DNA of 64,000 nucleotides. Origin: Fibrobacterales bacterium (GTDB taxonomy: Bacteria; Fibrobacterota; Fibrobacteria; Fibrobacterales; JAOPTW01). Below, piece by piece: positions 1 to 7,700 of the stretch. The DNA lies in assembly GCA_051532055.1 (NCBI GenBank), contig JAOPTX010000037.1, forward strand, positions 32,001 to 96,000, given 5' to 3'. The translations under genes and the position numbers were made by a program. The notes beneath the pieces are model-generated. The model saw only the letters and a list, made by a program, of their open reading frames with translations, was not told the origin of the DNA and did no database searches. Each line of letters opens with the position of its first letter. Within the stretch, counting starts at the first letter, position 1.

Positions 1-239
1 AAGAAAAATTTGGTTTCTTTGTTGAGGCGTTCCAATATGGTGCACCTCCACATGCTGGCTTTGCAATTGGCGTAGACCGAATGGTCGCAACAATGGAAAA
101 TGAAGAATCAATAAGAGACTTTATTGCATTCCCCAAAAACACCACTGCAAACTCGCCAATGGATCAAGCACCTTCAAGTGTTGACCCCATGCAACTTCTT
201 GATATTCACATTAATGTACGAGAAAAACAGGGGGAGTAA
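1..239 (+). CDS. aspS: Aspartate--tRNA ligase, C-terminal fragment (5' truncated by window)
   Basis: Frame from nt 3 reads EKFGFFVEAFQYGAPPHAGFAIGVDRMVA...IRDFIAFPKN...MDQAPS, TAA at 237-239; this is motif 3 and the C-terminus of bacterial AspRS. Confidence 0.95.
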   Translation, partial: EKFGFFVEAFQYGAPPHAGFAIGVDRMVATMENEESIRDFIAFPKNTTANSPMDQAPSSVDPMQLLDIHINVREKQGE

Positions 240-372
240 TTCTTCCCTTTTATCGCACAATCCCCTACTATTAGGGCTAAATTGTGTTAGTTGGTAAAAT
301 AAATTGATTAAGCCTTTGAGAAACCTCAAAAGGCTTATATTTTATGGTAGGAATATGAAAATGGAGAAATTC

Positions 373-597
373 ATGAAAAAAATGTCACTTGGCATAGCTG
401 CACTACTCATTATTGGACTTGTTCTAACAGGTTGTGGTAGCACCAAACCATCAAACGGATCGGAAGGCCCTAAAGAAATTGAAGGTGACGTAACCGAAAT
501 GTCTGAGCGTGCTCTTAGACTCGAGAAAGAAAATCACGAACTTAAAAAAGAGATTTTCAACCTTAAACGCGAACTTGGGATGCCCATCGAGGATTAA
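373..597 (+). CDS. Small lipoprotein with C-terminal coiled coil
   Basis: GGAG at 363-366 before ATG 373; signal peptide with lipobox LTGC; heptad-like RLEKENHELKKEIFNLK. Confidence 0.7.
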   Translation: MKKMSLGIAALLIIGLVLTGCGSTKPSNGSEGPKEIEGDVTEMSERALRLEKENHELKKEIFNLKRELGMPIED

Positions 598-686
598 ACA
601 TCGAAGCGTCAAAAATAGAAAATAGATACACAATATCTGAATCAGAAAAAATTAAAATCCTCGGCCTACAAAACGAGAATGTTTCA

Positions 687-1550
687 TTGTTCGAGCAGAG
701 CCTTAAGGTGACTTTAGTCAATCGTGGCACTGGAATCCTCATCATCGCCTCTGAGCAAGAGACTATTGACCTCACCATTAAAACACTTGATGAAATGCGC
801 TTTTGTTTAAAAAATGGGAATGACATCACCCCATTTTATCTTAAGGAAGTGCTCGGTCAAACGGGTGACCGTCCCGCAGCAAAATTGGGAAAACCCATTT
901 TTAGAAACCGGTATGGACAACCTATTCAACCTAAAACCGCTGGACAACTTGCTATTGTTGATGCCGTACGTAAAAATGATATTGTCTTTGTTAATGGTCC
1001 AGCTGGTACAGGCAAAACGTTTCTTGCGGTTACCCTTGCGGTTGCCGCTCTTGAAAACCGTGATGTTGAGCGCCTCTCCCTTGTAAGACCAGCGGTAGAA
1101 GCAGGTGAAAACCTCGGTTACCTCCCTGGAGACTTAAAAGAAAAAATCGCCCCTTACCTGCACCCTATATATGATACTATCGAAGAACTTCTTCCCAAAG
1201 AGAAAGTTCGTGCATATAATGAATCTAATATGTTGGAAATCGCCCCTCTTGCCTATATGAGAGGACGTACATTAAAACGCACCTTTATAATTCTTGATGA
1301 AGCACAAAATACTACAATCTCACAAATGAAGATGTTCCTCACCAGAATTGGCCCCAACTCTACCGCTATCATTACCGGTGACAGCACGCAGAAAGATCTT
1401 GCTCCCAATCAGCTCTCAGGATTCCCCCATGCCCTCTCAATTTTGAAAGGGATCCCTGGAATCGCCCAAGTAACTTTAGACACCAAAGACATTCAGAGAC
1501 ATAGACTTGTTTCAAAAATTATTAACGCCTATGAAAAACAAGAGCATTAA
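687..1550 (+). CDS. phoH: PhoH family ATPase (true start probably upstream, see findings)
   Basis: GPAGTGKT Walker A, RPAVEAGENLGYLPGDL, PLAYMRGRTL, ILDEAQN, GDxxQxDL. Confidence 0.95.
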   Translation: MFEQSLKVTLVNRGTGILIIASEQETIDLTIKTLDEMRFCLKNGNDITPFYLKEVLGQTGDRPAAKLGKPIFRNRYGQPIQPKTAGQLAIVDAVRKNDIVFVNGPAGTGKTFLAVTLAVAALENRDVERLSLVRPAVEAGENLGYLPGDLKEKIAPYLHPIYDTIEELLPKEKVRAYNESNMLEIAPLAYMRGRTLKRTFIILDEAQNTTISQMKMFLTRIGPNSTAIITGDSTQKDLAPNQLSGFPHALSILKGIPGIAQVTLDTKDIQRHRLVSKIINAYEKQEH

Positions 1551-3801
1551 CTCCCAAAGAACTATTCACCTTGGCCTTTCATTTTTAATCGTATGCTTTA
1601 TCGGCTGTTTGCTCTTCCCTGTGCAAAATATTGATATTAAATCGGTTATTCCAAAAGTAAATGAACTCGCTCAAAAACATTACATTGCCCCTCTAACCTT
1701 TGATATTCCAAAGTCAGAAGATCAATTGATTCGAGAACGTGAAAGTGCTGCAGATGCTGTCCCTGCTGTATTTGAATATGACCAAGAACAAAGTAACAGA
1801 CTTAAAGCTTCATTTACAAGCCTCATTGATAATCTCATGCAGTACCAAACGGTTCAAAAAAAACTTGAGCTCTTTAATGGCACTGAAAAAGCTGACACTA
1901 TTACTATTACTGCGGCTGCCCTTTATCAAAAGCTCAACAAATCTATTTCACATGTAGCTATTTCGCAGATGAGCACAAATGCTCAAGCTAGAAATGACCT
2001 TATTCAAAGTTTTAGAAATATCATCAATAAGGGGGTATCAAATTCTCTCATTGCAATGAATAAAAAACAGGTTCGTAATTACAAGGCGACCTTTACTATT
2101 CGTGACCTCAGAGTACTCATTTACAATAAACCTACGATCAACCTTATTCAAAATAGTAATGAAGAGTCCGTCCCTCTTTCTGATATAAAAACGAAAGAAA
2201 TTCTCATTGATGATGAATTCGTGAAACTCAAATCAAAGTATCCAAAGTCTCAAGCGATACAGAGTGCATTTTACGAGATTTTATTTGCCTTTACCTCCCC
2301 TACAATTCTCTACTTAGAATCGGAAACACAGAAGAGAAAAGAGATTGCCCGTAATGCAACAGACCTCTATGAAGGTAAAATCTATAAGGGTATGGATATT
2401 TTACGTCCTGGTGACCTCGTGACAAGTTATCATGTTAATGTTCTAAAAGAGCTTAAGCGCCAAACAGAACAGACTCAAGAAAACTACAAATCTTTTCTTC
2501 CCCTTATTGGAAGATGGCTCCTTATCATTATATCCACACTTTTCTTAGGCGCCTATTTCATTATTTATCAAAAACACGAGATTAAAACCAACACCCAAAT
2601 TTATGCCCTTGCTACCGTAATGATCATTCAGTTCTGTCTCTTTTTTGGAACGCAACTTATCATCGACTTTCTAAAAATAGCCCGGCCTGATGTACTTATT
2701 GACACCACAGAAACGATGTACCTCCATCTTATTATTGTTGCAAGTATATTAGGAGTAATGCTCTTTTCGGTTAAAACGGGGTTTATACTCTCAATCTATT
2801 TTAGTCTCTACTTTGGAATGATGTGTGGATACGACCTCAACATGACTATTGTTGCACTTGCCCTAGGAATGACAATTGCCTACACCTTGCAAAACATCAG
2901 ATACCGTTGGCAGTTCATCACCACCTGTTTCCTCTCAATATTTATCTATAGTTTATTAATTATTACTCTCTCGCTTCTTGGAAATAACTTCAATAACATC
3001 TACATAAAAATTGCCTATGGCGCCCTCAGTGTCACCCTCTCAATTGGACTTGGCTCGTTCTTACTTCTACCCATTTTTGAAAAACTCTTCAAAATCACTA
3101 CAACCATGACACTCATTGAGCTTTCTGACTTTAATCACCCCGCTCTGAAACTCATTTCTACAGAAGTACCCAGCACCTTCCATCACTCGATTATGGTCGC
3201 AAATATAGCTGAGAAGGCCGCCAGCGCCATTAAAGCCAACAGCCTCCTAGTAAGGGTGATGGCGCTCTATCACGACATTGGCAAGACTCAAAAACCACTC
3301 TACTATACCGAGAATCAAGGTATGGCAGAAAATGTTCACGAAGGGCTCGACCCTTGGGAAAGTAAAGAGATTATTATCTCACATGTTACTGAGGGCATTA
3401 CTCTCGCAGAAAAATACCAACTCCCCCCTCTCATTATTTCGAGCATACCTGAGCACCATGGTACTACCGTAATTCAATACTTTTATAGAAAGGCAGTAAA
3501 AGACAATCCGGGTAAAGCAATTAAGTCCAAAGACTTTTGTCACCTAGGACCTAAACCTCAGAGTAAAGAGACTGCGATTTTAATGATCGCTGATACTCTT
3601 GAAGCAATGGCCCGTTCAATTAGCAATCCTGAGACCAAAGATTTTAAAGAAATTATAACTCAAGCTGTAGATATGAAACTTAAAGAAAATCAATTGGACG
3701 ATTCAGGACTCACTCTTTCAGAATTACCACTCATTAAAAAAGCTTTCTTAGCATCTCTTGAAGGAATGTACCATACAAGATTAAATTATGCAAAAGACTA
3801 A
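1531..3801 (+). CDS. 7TM-HD (HDIG) membrane phosphohydrolase, PgpH-like putative c-di-AMP phosphodiesterase
   Basis: N-terminal TM, large extracytoplasmic domain, about 7 TM helices, then TFHHS, YHDIGK, HV, EHHGT, GPKPQSKE and ADxxEA motifs; lies after phoH. Confidence 0.85.
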   Translation: MKNKSINSQRTIHLGLSFLIVCFIGCLLFPVQNIDIKSVIPKVNELAQKHYIAPLTFDIPKSEDQLIRERESAADAVPAVFEYDQEQSNRLKASFTSLIDNLMQYQTVQKKLELFNGTEKADTITITAAALYQKLNKSISHVAISQMSTNAQARNDLIQSFRNIINKGVSNSLIAMNKKQVRNYKATFTIRDLRVLIYNKPTINLIQNSNEESVPLSDIKTKEILIDDEFVKLKSKYPKSQAIQSAFYEILFAFTSPTILYLESETQKRKEIARNATDLYEGKIYKGMDILRPGDLVTSYHVNVLKELKRQTEQTQENYKSFLPLIGRWLLIIISTLFLGAYFIIYQKHEIKTNTQIYALATVMIIQFCLFFGTQLIIDFLKIARPDVLIDTTETMYLHLIIVASILGVMLFSVKTGFILSIYFSLYFGMMCGYDLNMTIVALALGMTIAYTLQNIRYRWQFITTCFLSIFIYSLLIITLSLLGNNFNNIYIKIAYGALSVTLSIGLGSFLLLPIFEKLFKITTTMTLIELSDFNHPALKLISTEVPSTFHHSIMVANIAEKAASAIKANSLLVRVMALYHDIGKTQKPLYYTENQGMAENVHEGLDPWESKEIIISHVTEGITLAEKYQLPPLIISSIPEHHGTTVIQYFYRKAVKDNPGKAIKSKDFCHLGPKPQSKETAILMIADTLEAMARSISNPETKDFKEIITQAVDMKLKENQLDDSGLTLSELPLIKKAFLASLEGMYHTRLNYAKD

Positions 3802-3897
3802 CTCCTTTATTTAAAAGGGATTAGGAAGGGTTAATCAAAAACCATTCAAAGAACTAAAAACTTTTTAACTTTATTTTAACTTTTTTAACAATTTTCC

Positions 3898-3926
3898 TTG
3901 AACTCTAATTCTATTATATGTATCTT
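3898..3926 (+). promoter_or_regulatory. Putative sigma70 promoter of the small membrane protein/tRNA operon
   Basis: TTGAAC (3898-3903), 17-nt spacer, TATCTT (3921-3926); AAGGAG SD at 3942-3947. Confidence 0.5.
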
Positions 3927-3956
3927 TACCCACGTTAAAACAAGGAGCACAACCCG

Positions 3957-4190
3957 ATGACACAACAGGGAGACAAACTTTTCAACAAGAAAAATTTTGT
4001 TTTACTTTGTCTAGGAGTTGCAACTGTTTTAGTAGGATTTATTCTACTTGCACAGGGTCAAGATCCAAAGATCGGTCCAGTGTATGATAGCCCGCTATCA
4101 ATAACATATGCACCTATTTTACTTACCATTGCTTATGTAGTAATCATCCCTTGGGCGATTATTGCAAAGAGCGATAAAAAGGGCGACTAG
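3957..4190 (+). CDS. Small two-TM membrane protein, DUF3098-like
   Basis: F.KKNF.LL..G....VGF.L......S.LSIT.APILL...YVV..WAI pattern; good SD. Confidence 0.7.
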   Translation: MTQQGDKLFNKKNFVLLCLGVATVLVGFILLAQGQDPKIGPVYDSPLSITYAPILLTIAYVVIIPWAIIAKSDKKGD

Positions 4191-4255
4191 CTCAGCTGGT
4201 CTAGAGCATCTGCCTTACAAGCAGAGGGTCACAAGTTCAAATCTTGTGTCGCCCA
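4181..4255 (+). tRNA. tRNA-Val(TAC)
   Basis: Acceptor stem GGGCGAC/GTCGCCC, D arm AGCTCAGCTGGTCTAGAGC, anticodon arm TCTGC-CTTACAA-GCAGA, T loop GTTCAAATC; CCA not encoded. Confidence 0.97.
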
Positions 4256-4260
4256 TTTTA

Positions 4261-4334
4261 GGAGTGGTGGCTCAATTGGTTAGAGTACCTGCCTGTCACG
4301 CAGGGGGTTGCGAGTTCAAGTCTCGTCCATTCCG
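4261..4334 (+). tRNA. tRNA-Asp(GTC), copy 1
   Basis: GGAGTGG/CCATTCC acceptor stem, CCTGC-CTGTCAC-GCAGG anticodon arm, GTTCAAGTC T loop, discriminator G. Confidence 0.97.
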
Positions 4335-4337
4335 CTT

Positions 4338-4372
4338 AAAAGACCTCTTAGGAAACTAAGAGGTCTTTTTTT
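4338..4372 (+). terminator. Rho-independent terminator
   Basis: AAAAGACCTCTTAG-GAAA-CTAAGAGGTCTTTT followed by more T. Confidence 0.9.
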
Positions 4373-4592
4373 ATGTATCTACTATTATAAACTATTGTTC
4401 TTATATTCCTTTGTTTTTAAAGTGTCAAGCTAGTGTCATACTAACGACACTTAAATCAGCCTACTTTATTACCTAAGCTCGAGCTGACCTAACGGCAACT
4501 CCACTAATAGGACTGGTTCACAAGCCTCAATGCGCTCTTTCAATACATTGTTTAGATTAATAGCCAAAACATAATTTTACCCACAAAGTTCC

Positions 4593-4623
4593 TTGACATC
4601 AACATTTTAGGAAACTATATATT
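4593..4623 (+). promoter_or_regulatory. Putative sigma70 promoter of the second tRNA-Asp
   Basis: Perfect TTGACA (4593-4598) and TATATATT (4616-4623) just upstream of the tRNA. Confidence 0.6.
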
Positions 4624-4634
4624 AACCCTGAAAC

Positions 4635-4708
4635 GGAGTGGTGGCTCAATTGGTTAGAGTACCTGCCTGTCACGCAGGGGGTTGCGAGTTCAAGTCTCGT
4701 CCATTCCG
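4635..4708 (+). tRNA. tRNA-Asp(GTC), copy 2 (identical to copy 1)
   Basis: Sequence identical to 4261-4334. Confidence 0.97.
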
Positions 4709-4711
4709 CTT

Positions 4712-4746
4712 AAGCACCTATTGATTGCTCAATAGGTGCTTTTTTT
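4712..4746 (+). terminator. Rho-independent terminator
   Basis: AAGCACCTATTGA-TTGC-TCAATAGGTGCTT plus T run. Confidence 0.9.
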
Positions 4747-4765
4747 ACACCTCGTGAGCTGTAAT

Positions 4766-7700
4766 CTAGCGAATCAACCCTGACTTGAGCATATAACGTT
4801 CTCTCATGCCGCTCCCATAGCGAATTATAACTCTCCATATATAAACGCCTGTCCCAACTTTTCTCGCGTCCTGACCTCTTACATTCCAAAAAAGGTAGTG
4901 CATTGCACCGTAGTTTCCTCGTTCGTGATGGAGATCTAGTGAGTCATTGACATAGCTATAAGACATGTGATGCACAAAGGTACCCTGCATCGTATAAATA
5001 TATACCTCTGAGCTAAAACTTGAGTCACACGCTAGAGTGAGGCCAAACTGCCCTCCTCTCAGGGAATCTACTGGCATTTCTTCATAAAATTCTGTTGGTT
5101 CATCCAACTCGCCGGATAAGGAAAGAACTGAAGGGAAGATTCCAATTTCTAATACCCCATTCCTTTGTATTCCATTCACTTTGACCAATTGTTTCAAAAT
5201 ACTATTTCCATTGACATCTCGAATAGACTGAGTAGCCTTAATCCCTATGCAACCACCAACAAGGGGCTCTACCCCATCATCAAACCTCACATACCATTGA
5301 CTGTTGGAACTATCAAGAGGAGAAATAGACATAAATTTTAATGGTTTTTGTTCATGACTATCCGGTTGAGTATTACATGTTTCATTAAAATAAAATGACT
5401 CATTAAATACCTCGGTATTCATCGTTGTAGTATTCATCGGTTTAGAGAATCTAAATATAAAATGATCCCATCGTTTTATTTTCTCAATACCCTCATGCTT
5501 TCCTTGTCCTGGAATACGCTCTACCCCTGTAATAATCGGAGATACACTATCATTGATCACCACAAATTGAACCGCCCCAATAGAATTCCATTCAGGAGGA
5601 ACCTGTAAATAAAGTGGACTCTGTTGCAAAGAACTTTCAAAAACTAATTCACTCTGCTCTGTACTGAGGTCCAACCGCATTCCACTTGCATCTTTTTTAA
5701 TTGAATAAGGCACTATAGTCCGAGCAGAATCACTTCCTTTATAAAAAAGTATTGCAGGGGTTACAGCTGAAAAGGTGAACATACCATCTATTGTTTTAAT
5801 ATACACGGTCTCTCCGGCGCCATCCCCATTTCTATCTATAATCCAAGAAGTAAACGTAACACCTTTTTCACTGCTTGAGCTCTCGTTCTCATAATGAGAA
5901 CTCACCAGATCTTCTTCTTGAGAACTCCCACCTTGTGGTATTAAATCGGGAACGACAATAGGATCTCCTCCAGGAATGGTGTCAGGAATCTGATGTAAGA
6001 TAAACGTAAGGGTATCACTAGGGAGCAAGAGTGGTGCCTTCATATAAAAACGAGCCGTTCCCATAAGAGAGGTATTAAACCTCTTATTCAACTCTAATCC
6101 ATGAAAAGGGAGAGCTGACCATTGCCCCGTACTATCCAATAATTCTGCAAAAATAGTTGCAGAATCAACCAAACTATCAATAGACCACGACAAAATAAAA
6201 AGGGAATCTTTATATAGAAAGGTATCGCCCTGAAGAATGGATGAAGTATTTATAGTTGGTTTAGCGAGCTTTGATATTTGATAAAAAACTATGGAGTCAA
6301 TTGCACTGGGTGAGTATCGGTTTGATGAAGATAGGCTATAGAAATACAATGTTCCTGCGCTATTAAGGGTGAGAGTGTCACCCGGGAAGATTATAAGGTT
6401 TGAATCCTCAAGACTATCTACTCCAAGTATTGTATACTGAATCTCCACTGAATCATCTATTGAATAACCATTGAGAGAAAAATAAATCTGTGCACTATCA
6501 TTAAATAAAGTACTGCTTCCTTGCTCTGCATTGAGGAGAGTAGCTACAGGACTTGCAATTGTTGGACACTGTTCGTGTCGCATAAAGCCGCTTAAGGGAT
6601 AGTTCCCCTGAGCGCTATAGCCATCCCTACTCGTAAATTGATATTCAAGAGGTAACGAATCATGAAGTGAAATAGAATAGTTAAAACTCCCATCACTTTG
6701 AATGTTCACTAATCTACTCTGTAACAATGGCGATTGATCAAACTGATACCTGAGCTCCAATGAAGTAACCCCTTCAGGGTCCACAACTGAACCTGAAATA
6801 AGGAACTCATTTGCACCGCGCACATAACAGTTCTTTACATTAGTTACAACAGTTGGCGGACTATTTTCAATTGCTATGTAATAAGGATACCTTTGAACAG
6901 GGTACCCAAGTTTTGTGTAAGGAGCATAAACATTTTGATTATCAAGAGTAGAAACTGCGACATAAAAATCAACTCCAGGTTTTACTGCGCTGTAATATGG
7001 AATGGTAGCCTCAAACAACTCTCCAGACTGAAGTTGCAATTCAATGACATCGTAGAATATTGATCCTGTTGTTCTATAAAATAATTGTGCTGAAACAATG
7101 GGTTCTCCACTGCTAATATGTACACCAATAAGAATATTCTGCCACACAGGTACTGAACTCCTGAGCAAAGAATCAGTTGCAGAAGTGAGTGTTACGGAAA
7201 GGTTCTTGTCATTCTCAATCCATTCTGTTGTATCTTTGCCTTCTTGACCACTCACCGAAAGAACTGTTTCAAGGGAAATATTATATCGATCCCCATTCGA
7301 AAGAGTATCTGGTGAACGGTAGCACAATCGGTAATCATTATAAAGACTATTTTCTATAAGACTCAATTGATTAAAAAGAGAATTTCTCGGTATATTTTTT
7401 ATAACAGCACCACCTGTCAATGGAGCAACACTGTCCCACACAGTTCCCATTGAATGTTCTAACCAGAAAGCATACAGAGCAATGTCATACTTCACTGCTG
7501 AATCTCTTATATCACTTATATGATGTAGATTTACGCTACCGCTTCCATCTGCAATAATATAGATCACCTTTTCACCAACATTACCTTTTAAAGATTCAAT
7601 TGCTGCATAGACACCATCAATAGTATTTGTTTTATTATTAAGAGTAGTACTCAATTCTGCAACAGCCTTATTGAGAAGTGTTGTATCTGCAGTCACGGGA

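Noticed and set aside
309..337. Hairpin TAAGCCTTTGAG/CTCAAAAGGCTTA as aspS terminator
   Set aside because: A real inverted repeat, but with a poor U tract and an ambiguous role (terminator versus operator); not called
4162..4359. 65-aa ORF
   Set aside because: Shadow of tRNA-Val and tRNA-Asp
4335..4634. Integrative element between the duplicated tRNA-Asp genes
   Set aside because: Only 300 bp, no integrase, and the second copy is a complete gene rather than a 3' att fragment
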